Assembly (NCBI GenBank): GCA_963728835.1
Contig: CAVSKZ010000003.1
Coordinates: forward strand, 90,923-154,922
Reading direction: 5' to 3'
From: an uncultured Solirubrobacterales bacterium
Lineage (GTDB): Bacteria; Actinomycetota; Thermoleophilia; Solirubrobacterales; 70-9
Length of the DNA: 64,000 nucleotides
Below the pieces are notes generated by a model that worked only from the letters and a program-made list of their open reading frames with translations, searched no databases and was not told the DNA's origin. Position 1 is the stretch's first letter. Every line of letters starts with the position of its first letter. Shown one piece after another: positions 28,814 through 36,959 of the stretch. The position numbers and the translations under genes were made by a program.

Positions 28814-28976
28814 GAGGGCTTGGCGAAACCCCCGCGCACGTCTGGCGGCGGCGGACACTGCGCGGTACGGCGTCCTCAGTCGGCCAAATAGCGCTGCTAT
28901 TCGGCCCCCCTGCGTCCTTGTCCCGCTTGGTCCGGCGCTCGCCAGCCGCCCACGCGGGTTTCGCCAAGCCCTCCTA
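28811..28976. mobile_element. MITE-like element, copy A (166 bp)
   Basis: 21-nt perfect terminal inverted repeats: TAGGAGGGCTTGGCGAAACCC ... GGGTTTCGCCAAGCCCTCCTA. The reverse complement is near-identical to 50386-50552. There is a central hairpin GGCCAAATAGC/GCTATTCGGCC. Confidence 0.8.
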
Positions 28977-28983
28977 GAAGCGC

Positions 28984-29343
28984 CTACCAGGAGCCCTCCA
29001 GCCAGCGCAGCAGCTCCGGCATGCGGCTGCGCAGGTCGGGCTCCGGCGTGGCGAGCTCGTGCCTGGCGAGCTCTATCGCGGCGCCGAGCGAGAAGGTTGC
29101 CCGCACCGGGCTCATGCCCAGCGAGGCCTCCAGGCGCTCGACCGCATCGCGGTTGCCACGTAGTGACCAGAGCGCCGCCCGGGTGCCGGTGGGGTCGAGC
29201 TCTGCGAGGTCGACGATGGTCTCGACCGCCTCGCGGACCCGCTCCTCCGGCGGCGCCTCGGAAAGAGCTTCCAGCGTCCTCTCGACAAGCCGTTCGTCCA
29301 GCTGCCCGTCGACTACTCCCGTGACTCCTCTACCCTCTGTCAT
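28984..29343 (-). CDS. hypothetical protein (all-helical, acidic)
   Basis: 119-aa ORF with good GC3, convergent with the methyltransferase. No motif recognised. Confidence 0.5.
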   Translation of the reverse strand: MTEGRGVTGVVDGQLDERLVERTLEALSEAPPEERVREAVETIVDLAELDPTGTRAALWSLRGNRDAVERLEASLGMSPVRATFSLGAAIELARHELATPEPDLRSRMPELLRWLEGSW

Positions 29344-29515
29344 GTTGGGACCTCCTCTTCAGGTCTCGGCCAGGCCCCGGGGTGTCGCAAGCACCGCCGG
29401 GGCAGCTTTATGAGAGTTTGCGAGTGTAGACTCGGCCTAAGACGATAAGCGCCCGTCGCTCAATGGTCAAATTGTCTCGCTCGTGACGCACGGGAGCGCA
29501 TGAGGAGCCAGGTGG

Positions 29516-31750
29516 ATGAGCAGCGCAAGATCGAGCTACGACGCATCGACGATTGAGGCCGAGCGGCAGGCCGCGTGGGCGCAGGCCGACGCCTTCGCGA
29601 CGCCGGCGCCGGACGATGTGGGTCCCGGCCGGGGCGTCTACATCAAGCCCTCCAGCCCCTTCACCTCGGGCAAGCTGCACATGGGGCACGTTCGCGACTA
29701 CTCGATCGGCGACGCCTACGCCCGCTTCCGTCGCGCCCGGGGAGACGCCGTCCTCTTCGGCTTCGGCTTCGACGCGTTCGGCCTGCCGGCCGAGATGGCG
29801 GCGATCGAGCGCAAGGTCCCGCCGGCCGAGTGGGTGCAGGGCTGTGGCGAGCGGATGCTCGAGCAGATGAGGCGGCTCGGCTTCTCGTTCGACTACGACC
29901 GCGTCTTCTACAGCTCCGACGAGGAGCAGTACCGCTGGTCGCAGTGGCTCTTCCTCGTTCTTCTCGAGGCCGGCCTGATCTACCGCGACGACACGACCGT
30001 CGACTGGTGCGACAGCTGCCGCACGACGCTTGCCGCCCTGCAGGTTGAGGACGGACGCTGCTGGCGCTGCCACAACGAGGTCCGCCTGATCCGCCGGCCG
30101 ACCTGGTTCCTGCGCATCACGCCCTACCTGGAGGAGAACGACCGGAGCCTGCGCGAGCTCGAGGAGCGAGGCCACTGGGACGAGATCTCCCTCTCGACCC
30201 AGCGGTACATCCTCGGCCGCAGCGACGGGGTCGAGGTCGAGCTGGCCGGTCCGGACGGAAGCGACTTCGAGGCGTTCACGCCACACGGCGACGCGGTCGC
30301 GCAGGCGAGCTTCGTATTGATCTCCCCGCGCCACCCGAAGGTCGAGGCATGGGTAACCGACCCGGCCGTGCGGGAGCAGCTCGACGAGCTTCGCTCCGGC
30401 GGATGGGAGCGCAGCGCCCGCGACGCCAGGTCGGTGCCGGTCGTCGATGCCGGCGTCTCGGTGCCGGCGCCGTGGGCGGTGGATCCCCTGCCGGTCCTGG
30501 TCTCGCCGATCGTCGACGCCCGCTACGGGCCCACGGCGGCCCTCGGCATCCCCGCCGCCGACGAGGCGGATGCGGCGGTCGCGGAGCGTGTGCCGGGGCT
30601 GGGGGAGGGGGACGCGGCCGAGTCCGCCCCCGGGGCGCACCCCGACGCCCGGCAGACGGTCCGCTACCGAGCCGCGGACTTCTCGATCTCCCGTCAGCGC
30701 TTCTGGGGCACGCCGATCCCGATCGTCCACTGCGATGCGTGCGGGGCGGTGCCGGTGCCCGAGGAGGACCTGCCGGTCGTCCTGCCCCGCGACGTCGAGC
30801 CAACCGGCGAGGGCAATCCCCTGGCGGAGCTCGCCGCCTTCGTCGACGTGCCCTGCCCGCGGTGCGACGCGCCCGCCAGGCGTGAGACCGACACCCTCGA
30901 CTGCCACTTCGACGCGCTCTGGCTGTGGGTCCCGGCGGCGGTCCCGCCCGACGGCAGGGCCGAGTCCATGTTCGACCACCCGGAGCTGCGCACCTGGTTG
31001 CCGTCCGAGCGCCTCGTGGCCGGCTCCGACAGCGGCGGCTTCGTCTTCGACCAGCGCGTCGTGACCAAGGCCCTGCGGGACATCGGTCCCTTCGCGTTCA
31101 TGGCCGAGGGGGAGCCCTTCTCTGGGTGCCTCTTCCACGAGATGGTGATCGCCGACGGCCGCAAGATGAGCAAGCACCTGGGCAACGTCGTCGATCCCGA
31201 CGAGCTGGTCGAGCACTACGGCGCCGACACGGTGCGCCTCGCCATCCTCTATGCGGCGGGCCCGGCGAAGACGCTGAACTGGAACGACAGCGCCCTGCGC
31301 TTCGCCGACCGCTTCCTGCGCAACGTCTGGTCTTACTCGCAGAAGCGCTTCGAGGGCGTCGCGGCGGCGCCGGAGGACCCGGAGGCGGCCGAGGACACCG
31401 CGTTCATGCGGGAGCGCCTGTGCAAATGGGCCGACAACGGCCTGGCCCGGATCACCGCGGATCTCGAGCAGCTGCAGATGCACAAGGCGGTCCGCAACGT
31501 CACGCGCCTCTTCGAGCGTATCCAGGATTTCGAGAAGCGCGTCATCGCGCGTCGCGGAGAGCTGGGTCGCGCAGACGCGGAGGCCCAGGTCGCGGCCCTG
31601 CTCCTGCTTGCGAGAGCGCTCGCTCCCTTCGCGCCCCATGCCGGCGAGGCGCTTCTCCTCGCCGGCGGTGAGGACGCCGGCGAGCTCCCCGGCGCATGGC
31701 CGGAGAGGCTCGTCTTCCCGGCTGCCTCCTCGGGTGCCGGGACGCTCTAG
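29516..31750 (+). CDS. leuS: leucine--tRNA ligase, short form with divergent CP1 region
   Basis: PFTSGKLHMGHVRDY (HIGH), FGFDAFGLPAE, YRWSQWLF, DWCDSC..L....V.DGRCWRC zinc module, ISRQRFWGTPIP and RKMSKHLGNV (KMSKS variant). 744 aa. Confidence 0.85.
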   Translation: MSSARSSYDASTIEAERQAAWAQADAFATPAPDDVGPGRGVYIKPSSPFTSGKLHMGHVRDYSIGDAYARFRRARGDAVLFGFGFDAFGLPAEMAAIERKVPPAEWVQGCGERMLEQMRRLGFSFDYDRVFYSSDEEQYRWSQWLFLVLLEAGLIYRDDTTVDWCDSCRTTLAALQVEDGRCWRCHNEVRLIRRPTWFLRITPYLEENDRSLRELEERGHWDEISLSTQRYILGRSDGVEVELAGPDGSDFEAFTPHGDAVAQASFVLISPRHPKVEAWVTDPAVREQLDELRSGGWERSARDARSVPVVDAGVSVPAPWAVDPLPVLVSPIVDARYGPTAALGIPAADEADAAVAERVPGLGEGDAAESAPGAHPDARQTVRYRAADFSISRQRFWGTPIPIVHCDACGAVPVPEEDLPVVLPRDVEPTGEGNPLAELAAFVDVPCPRCDAPARRETDTLDCHFDALWLWVPAAVPPDGRAESMFDHPELRTWLPSERLVAGSDSGGFVFDQRVVTKALRDIGPFAFMAEGEPFSGCLFHEMVIADGRKMSKHLGNVVDPDELVEHYGADTVRLAILYAAGPAKTLNWNDSALRFADRFLRNVWSYSQKRFEGVAAAPEDPEAAEDTAFMRERLCKWADNGLARITADLEQLQMHKAVRNVTRLFERIQDFEKRVIARRGELGRADAEAQVAALLLLARALAPFAPHAGEALLLAGGEDAGELPGAWPERLVFPAASSGAGTL

Positions 31751-31768
31751 AGATTTGAACGAAAGTAG

Positions 31769-31797
31769 TTGACTGGTTGCTGTAAACCTGTTATGAA
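31769..31797 (+). promoter_or_regulatory. sigma-70-like promoter candidate (TTGACT-17 nt-TATGAA)
   Basis: TTGACT at 31769-31774, 17-nt spacer, TATGAA at 31792-31797. Same layout as 33055-33083. Confidence 0.5.
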
Positions 31798-31804
31798 TGG
31801 AATT

Positions 31805-32152
31805 GCTGACGATCAGCGCAGCGAAGAGGCGGGGTCCACTCAACGGAGGCTCGCCTGGCACGGCAAAGGGAGAGTCCGGTAAAGAGCCGCGACACGGCAT
31901 CGGCACACTCTGCTGACCCTTGTTGCCCCCGACCTCTTCCTGCGCACCTCTTGCGCGGCGGGTTGGATACCGCGCGCCGCGCTCCACTTTGAATTCCGGC
32001 CCGACGACTCTGGTCGCCGGGGTCTCGGGTCGCTCGCGGCGCAATTGCAAGGTGGTGAAACCGTTTGCCTCCGTCGCGCGTTCTTCCCTCCAGGGAGTAC
32101 CAGAAAAAGTATGTTGAGTTTTCTAATGGGCTTCGCGGGAAGGATGGTTTTA
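31805..32152 (+). promoter_or_regulatory. long structured 5' leader (riboswitch/attenuator-like, class unknown)
   Basis: About 350 nt of non-coding sequence. A long-range helix pairs GCGCAGCGAAGAGG (31816-31829) with CCTCTTCCTGCGC (31933-31945). A second CCTCTTGCGC copy (31947-31956) overlaps the 5' arm of the GC hairpin GCGCGGCG/CGCCGCGC (31953-31982), which is followed by TCCACTTTGAATT. Confidence 0.45.
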
Positions 32153-33019
32153 ATGGGAGAGCAAGGGAAGCTGAAGGCCGCGGCGCGCGACGTTGCACGG
32201 CTGGCGGCCAGTGAGAAGGCATTTTGGGCCGGGCTCTGGGAGACCCCGATCCAGGACGCGGTGCACGAGAGCGGGGTCGACGTCGTGCGTTTCGGCCCGA
32301 TCCATGCGGCATGCGTCGCGGAGGTGCCCAGGCATTCGGGGGTCAACTTCGTCCTCGGCGCCAGTGAGGCAGGCGCCGTTTCGCACGGACACCTGCGCGA
32401 TGCGGTCCGCTGGCTCGAGACCAGGCGCTCTGCATGGAGCGAGGATTGCGGCGTCGACTATCGCGTTCCCGTCATCCCCGGCCTGCCCGAGGCAGCCGAG
32501 GCGGAAGACTGGCTGCGGGAGCACGGGCACGTTCGCGACGAGGGAGTGGCGAAGCTGGTCCGCGACGCGACCGAGCCGCGGTTTTCCCCGGCGGCGGACA
32601 TCGAGGTGCTCGACTGGGAGGAGTGGGACGAAGGGTTCGCAGCCCCACTCGCCGAGAGCCTCGGCCTCTCGACGGCAGCCGAGATCTTCTTCCTCTGCCT
32701 GCTGGAAGAGGAGGACTGGCGTTGCTATTGCGGCATCATCGGCGACGACCCCCTCGCCTATGTCGCGATGCACGTCGGCGCCGGAGTGGCCTCGATCGCG
32801 CTGGCGTCCCGGCACTACGCGGGTCGCGGCGGAGAGGGACAGCTCGCTGTCCTGCATCGCTGCATGGAAGACGCGAGGGCGGAGGGCTGTGACGCGTTCG
32901 TCCTGGTCGACGCCGGTGGCGAATCGCCGGTGATCGATCGCGCGAGCCTCCTCCAGGCCGGCTTCGAAGTCGCCTACCGGGTGCCGAGCTGGCACAGCCC
33001 GGCACGGGTTGCGGCGTGA
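32153..33019 (+). CDS. hypothetical protein, possibly a two-domain GNAT-like acyltransferase
   Basis: Good GC3 with a GGAAGGA SD 9 nt before ATG 32153. The C-terminal half (YVAMHV...GRGGEGQLAVLHRCMEDARAEGCDAFVLV) loosely resembles the GNAT motif A region. Assignment is weak. Confidence 0.45.
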   Translation: MGEQGKLKAAARDVARLAASEKAFWAGLWETPIQDAVHESGVDVVRFGPIHAACVAEVPRHSGVNFVLGASEAGAVSHGHLRDAVRWLETRRSAWSEDCGVDYRVPVIPGLPEAAEAEDWLREHGHVRDEGVAKLVRDATEPRFSPAADIEVLDWEEWDEGFAAPLAESLGLSTAAEIFFLCLLEEEDWRCYCGIIGDDPLAYVAMHVGAGVASIALASRHYAGRGGEGQLAVLHRCMEDARAEGCDAFVLVDAGGESPVIDRASLLQAGFEVAYRVPSWHSPARVAA

Positions 33020-33054
33020 GCCTGCAACGGTCAGCCACTTTTGCGCAAAAAGAC

Positions 33055-33084
33055 TTGACTGGTAGCGGGAGCGTGTGTTATACG
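33055..33084 (+). promoter_or_regulatory. sigma-70-like promoter candidate overlapping a 9-bp DNA palindrome
   Basis: TTGACT (33055-33060), 17-nt spacer, TTATAC (33078-33083). The palindrome AGCGTGTGT-TATACGT-ACACACGCT (33070-33094) straddles the -10 hexamer. Confidence 0.45.
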
Positions 33085-33091
33085 TACACAC

Positions 33092-33491
33092 GCTGACGAC
33101 CAAGCGTTTGCGAAGAGGTGAGAAATCCCGGTCAGGGGCGACTCGCTTTGCGATGACTAAGGAGTTGTGTCGAGTCATGAGTCGAGAAGACGGACGTTTC
33201 GGGTGCAACACAAGGAAGGCAATGACGCTGCGCGCGCTGCCCCACCTCGAGCACGTAGCGCTGCCCCCCGTGACGGCCGTCTCGCCCTCTCACCCCTGGC
33301 AGCTAGGCCCTCGGAGAGGGGGGGCGGCCATATAGCTGGCCGAAGCGCAGGTTCTTAGCCGTGGCTGACCGAGGCCACGATGAATTTGGGCCCGTCCCCG
33401 CGGAACGTGACAGCCGCTCGGACGGGCCCAATTCCTTGCTGGGGGTGGCAGCGCCTTGGAGCGCCCAGTACCCTGCTCGGAGGAGACGTCG
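33092..33491 (+). promoter_or_regulatory. long structured 5' leader with several T-box-like features (unconfirmed)
   Basis: It starts with GCTGACGA..GCGAAGAGG as the 31805 leader does. It also has GCGATGA (33150) / TGACGC (33223) flanking GAAGGCAA, a 12-bp hairpin at 33386-33431, and CTGG-GGGTGGCA-GCGC-loop-GCGC-CCAG (33439-33468) just before the SD GGAGGAG. Confidence 0.4.
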
Positions 33492-34790
33492 ATGCTGAAC
33501 CCCGAGGACCGAACCCGCTCCTGCGCTACCGAACTGGTCTGCCGCGATTGCGGTCGCCGCCTGCCGCTTCTCGATACGACGTTCAAGTGCCTTGGCTGCG
33601 GCAACGGACTCGACATCGACTACGACTACGAGCTGGCCAGGGAGCGGCTCGGCGAGATCCCGCCGGCCGAGCGGGAGATCAACATCTGGCGCTTCGAGGA
33701 GCTGCTGCCGATCGTCGACGCGAGGGCCCAGGCGCGAGTCGGGCGCTACAGCGGGCGCACGCCGCTGATTCACGCCGACCGGCTCGGGGCGGAGCTGGGG
33801 CTGAAGAAGCTCTACCTAAAGGACGACAGCACCTCGCGCCCCAGCCTCTCTTACAAGGACCGTGTGGTCTCGATGGCGGTCGCCCGCCTGCTCGAGCTGG
33901 GCAAGGACGAGATCGGCTGCGTCTCTACCGGCAACGTCGGCACCGCCGTCTCCTCGCTGGCGTCCAAGGCCGGCGTCACCGCCTACGTCTTCTACCCGTC
34001 GAACATGGAGCGCGGAAAGGCGCGCGCCTGCCGGGCGCTCGGCGCCGCCGTCTGCCAGCTCGACGGCAACTACGACGAAGCCAACCGCGCCTGCCGCGAG
34101 CTTGCCCTCGCCAGCGGCATCCAGTTCGCCAACATCACCCTGCGGCCGTTCTACGCCGAGGGCGCGAAGACGGTCGCCTACGAGGTGGTCGAGCAGCTCG
34201 AGTGGGAGGCGCCCGACCACTTCGTCATCCCGGCCGCCGGCGGCACGCTCTCCTCGCGCGTGCACAAGGGGCTTGTCGAGCTCGAGACCGTGGGCCTGGC
34301 GGAGACCTCGGGGGTCAGGATCGACGTTGCCCAGGCAGAGGGCTGCAGCCCGATCGCAACGGCGATAAGCGACGGCTCGGGAGAGATCGAGCCGCAGACC
34401 CCGCACACGGCGGCGCACTCGATCGCGATCGGCGCGCCCGGCGACGGCCCGCTCGTGGTCGATGCGGTGACGTCGCGGGGTGGCAGCGCCGCGACGGCCA
34501 CTGACCGGGAGATCTTCGAGGCGATCGACCTGCTCGGCGCCACCGAGGGCATCCTCACCGAGCCCGCGGGCGGGACGACGATCGCCTGCACGGCCAAGCT
34601 CGCCAACGAAGGCAAGCTCGGTCCCGACGACACCGTCGTCGCGATCGTCAGCGGCAACGGCTACAAGACCCTCGACGAGCATCCCGACAAGCCCTGGGCC
34701 GAAGGCGTCGCCTGCGACGTCGACGCGATGGGCGAGATGCTCGAAGAGTTCCGCCAGCACGGCGTCGGCGCCACGCTGTCGGCTGATTGA
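33492..34790 (+). CDS. threonine synthase-like PLP enzyme with N-terminal zinc ribbon
   Basis: CRDCGRR...CLGCGNGLDIDYDY zinc ribbon, TPLI, DDSTSRPSLSYKDRV (PLP lysine), STGNVG and SGNGYK. ATG at 33492 is preceded by GGAGGAG. Confidence 0.8.
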   Translation: MLNPEDRTRSCATELVCRDCGRRLPLLDTTFKCLGCGNGLDIDYDYELARERLGEIPPAEREINIWRFEELLPIVDARAQARVGRYSGRTPLIHADRLGAELGLKKLYLKDDSTSRPSLSYKDRVVSMAVARLLELGKDEIGCVSTGNVGTAVSSLASKAGVTAYVFYPSNMERGKARACRALGAAVCQLDGNYDEANRACRELALASGIQFANITLRPFYAEGAKTVAYEVVEQLEWEAPDHFVIPAAGGTLSSRVHKGLVELETVGLAETSGVRIDVAQAEGCSPIATAISDGSGEIEPQTPHTAAHSIAIGAPGDGPLVVDAVTSRGGSAATATDREIFEAIDLLGATEGILTEPAGGTTIACTAKLANEGKLGPDDTVVAIVSGNGYKTLDEHPDKPWAEGVACDVDAMGEMLEEFRQHGVGATLSAD

Positions 34791-34824
34791 CTCGTCAGTC
34801 AACCGCCCGGATATAGTTCCGGCC

Positions 34825-36564
34825 ATGTTCGCCTACGGCGATGGAAAGTTCGTGCCGGCGGATTTCCCGCCCCCGGTCGAGCCGCGCGAGGAGTTCGTCA
34901 AGCGCTCGCTCGACGGCGAGGACGAGCGGATCGAGATCGGCGTCGCGATCGTCGGCGGCGGCACCGCCGGACTCGCCTGCGCCAACCGCCTGCTGCAGCT
35001 CCTGGCAGACGATCCGGAGACGATGGAGCGCCTCGGCGAGGTCCCGGTCGCCGTGATCGAGAAGGCGAAGACCTGTGGTGGCCACAACCTCTCCGGGGCG
35101 GTGATGCGGCCCGGGCCGCTGCAGGAGCTCTTCCCGGAGATGAGCCGGGAGCAGTGGCGCCAGGAGGGCTTTGCCTTCGGCGAGGTGAAGAAGGAGGCGA
35201 TCTACCTCCTGCCCAGCGCCAAGACCAAGATCCGCATCCCGCCGCCCCCGCCGCAGCGCAACCACGGCAACGAGGTGATCTCGGTCGCCGCCCTCTGCCG
35301 CCACATGCAGCGTCAGGCCGAGGAGGCGGGCGCCTACCTGCTGACCGAGACCGCGGCCACGCAGCTGATCGTCTCCGACGGCGCCGTCGTCGGCGTCCGC
35401 TCCGGCGACAAGGGCCGCGGCAAAGACGGCGAGGAGCTCGGCAACTTCGAGCCGGGGACCGACATCGCTGCCAGGGCGACCGTCCTCGCCGAGGGCTGCT
35501 GGGGCCACCTCACCGACGCCGCGGTGCGCGAGTTCGGCCTCGACGAGGGCCGCGAGCCGCAGGTCTGGGAGCTGGGCGTGAAAGAGGTCTGGAAGGTGCC
35601 CAAGCCGCTGGACCGCGTGATCCACACGCTGGCCGGCTGGCCGCTGAAGATCTCCGCGAAGCACCACCAGATCGGCGGCTCCTGGATCTACCCGATGGTG
35701 GACGAGAAGACGGGCGAGGACCTGGTCTCGATCGGCTTCGTCCTCGACCTCGACTACGCCGACGCGACCAGCTCCGCCCACGACTTCCTGCAGCAGTTCA
35801 AGACCCACCCGATGGTGCGCGACATCCTCGAGGGCGGGGAGCGCGTCAGCTGGGGCGCCAAGGCGATCCCGGCGGGCGGGTACTGGGCGATGCCGAAGCT
35901 CTCGATGCCCGGTGCCGCGATCGTCGGCGACGCCGCCGGCATGGTCAACCTGGCTGCGCTGAAGGGCGTCCACTACGCGATCAAGGCGGGGATGCTCGCG
36001 GCGGAGCAGATCCACGCCGCGCTTCGGGCCGGCAGCGACGACTTCTCCGGATACGAGCAGGCGGTCGAGGACTCGATCATCCGCAAGGACCTCTACGAGC
36101 AGCGCAACACCCGCCAGCCCTTCCAGAAGGGCTTGCTCAAAGGCGGCCCCCTGGTCAACCTGATGATCGCCACCAAGGGCCGCTTCCCCGGCGGCCGCTG
36201 GAAGCTGCACCGCAACGACGCCCAGCCGATGTTCGTCGGCGAGACCAGGGACGGCTACCCCCAGCCCGACGGCAAGCTCACCTTCGACAAGCTCTCCAGC
36301 GTCTTCATCACCGGCAACGCCACCCGCGACGACGCCCCCAACCACATCCGCGTCCAGAAGCGGGTCCCCCGCGAGATCGCCGAGACCTGGAAGTGGATGT
36401 GCCCCGCCGGCGTCTACGAGATCCCCGACGACGCCCCGGAGACCGGCGACGTCGACGTGATCGTCAACTACACCAACTGCGTCCAGTGCGGCGCGATCAC
36501 GGCCAAGGGCGGCCGCCTGACGACGCCCGAGGGCGGCGACGGGCCGCTGTACCAGAACACCTGA
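34825..36564 (+). CDS. electron-transfer flavoprotein:quinone oxidoreductase (ETF-QO)
   Basis: VAIVGGGTAGLACA FAD motif, GGHNLSGAV, AEGCWG, GGSWIYP and C-terminal 4Fe-4S ligands (WKWMCPAGVY...NCVQCGAI). Confidence 0.88.
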   Translation: MFAYGDGKFVPADFPPPVEPREEFVKRSLDGEDERIEIGVAIVGGGTAGLACANRLLQLLADDPETMERLGEVPVAVIEKAKTCGGHNLSGAVMRPGPLQELFPEMSREQWRQEGFAFGEVKKEAIYLLPSAKTKIRIPPPPPQRNHGNEVISVAALCRHMQRQAEEAGAYLLTETAATQLIVSDGAVVGVRSGDKGRGKDGEELGNFEPGTDIAARATVLAEGCWGHLTDAAVREFGLDEGREPQVWELGVKEVWKVPKPLDRVIHTLAGWPLKISAKHHQIGGSWIYPMVDEKTGEDLVSIGFVLDLDYADATSSAHDFLQQFKTHPMVRDILEGGERVSWGAKAIPAGGYWAMPKLSMPGAAIVGDAAGMVNLAALKGVHYAIKAGMLAAEQIHAALRAGSDDFSGYEQAVEDSIIRKDLYEQRNTRQPFQKGLLKGGPLVNLMIATKGRFPGGRWKLHRNDAQPMFVGETRDGYPQPDGKLTFDKLSSVFITGNATRDDAPNHIRVQKRVPREIAETWKWMCPAGVYEIPDDAPETGDVDVIVNYTNCVQCGAITAKGGRLTTPEGGDGPLYQNT

Positions 36565-36618
36565 GCGCGCCTTTCTGGCGAAGCTTCTTGTCTGCAGCTT
36601 AGTCTAAGCTCGTGGACC

Positions 36619-36852
36619 GTGATCAGGCTCGTCTCATTTCGCATCGCGCTATTCGCGGTCCCTGCTGCGGCGGTCGCCGGCCTCATGCTTTTGCTGAACG
36701 GTCTCGATGCAAGCGCGGGTATCGCCGTAGCTGCTTTTGGGGTGGTCGCCGTCGCGACTGGCACCGCACTTGGTTACTTCGCCGAATGCCTCCCTGAGCT
36801 TCCTCGGGTTCGTCGACATCATCGCCTTGCTGGCATTCATCACGGCGACTGA
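36619..36852 (+). CDS. small two-TM membrane protein (hypothetical, weak)
   Basis: 77-aa ORF with two hydrophobic helices and mixed GC3. It lies at the left edge of the low-GC islet. Confidence 0.3.
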   Translation: MIRLVSFRIALFAVPAAAVAGLMLLLNGLDASAGIAVAAFGVVAVATGTALGYFAECLPELPRVRRHHRLAGIHHGD

Positions 36853-36959
36853 GGCGTGGCTGTTGTCGCCGGGCAAAGCAGTCCGGTTGGCAAGTCCGTT
36901 TCGGGCCCACTAAAAAGCCCGAGCGTGAACTCGTCGTCCTCTAGTCTGCGTTCTCGGTT

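Noticed and set aside
31861-31900. AAAGGGAGAGTCCGGTAAAGAGCCGCGAC resembling the RNase P P4 region (GAGGAAAGUCCGG...GGUAAGAGC) or the cobalamin riboswitch core (AGGGAA..GGUG..AA.UCC)
   Set aside because: No other RNase P universal segment (for example ACAGAA..GGCUUA) is present. No B12 box (GCCACUG) is present either. The region is far too short for rnpB.
29408-32050. 880-aa minus-strand ORF opposite leuS
   Set aside because: It is antisense to a clear LeuRS, its composition is shadow-frame-like, and it would also run through the non-coding leader.
33110-33146. Resemblance of GAAGAGGTGAGAAATCCCGGTCAGGGGCGAC to the guanidine-III (ykkC-III) riboswitch core ACGAGGUG...ACCCGGUCAGGACAA
   Set aside because: Only the GAGGTG and CCCGGTCAGG blocks match. 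The conserved ACGR and the 3' GACAA are not reproduced, the pseudoknot partner is unclear, and the downstream gene is not a guanidine exporter or carboxylase. This is worth a cmsearch but is not claimable.
33075-33335. 86-aa ORF, or a shorter 52-aa version after an AAGGAG SD, inside the second leader
   Set aside because: The first 20 codons have low GC3 (agt, cga, gaa, gga, cgt, aca, gca), unlike every confident gene here. The region is densely self-complementary and no protein motif is present. I treated it as RNA, not as a leader peptide.
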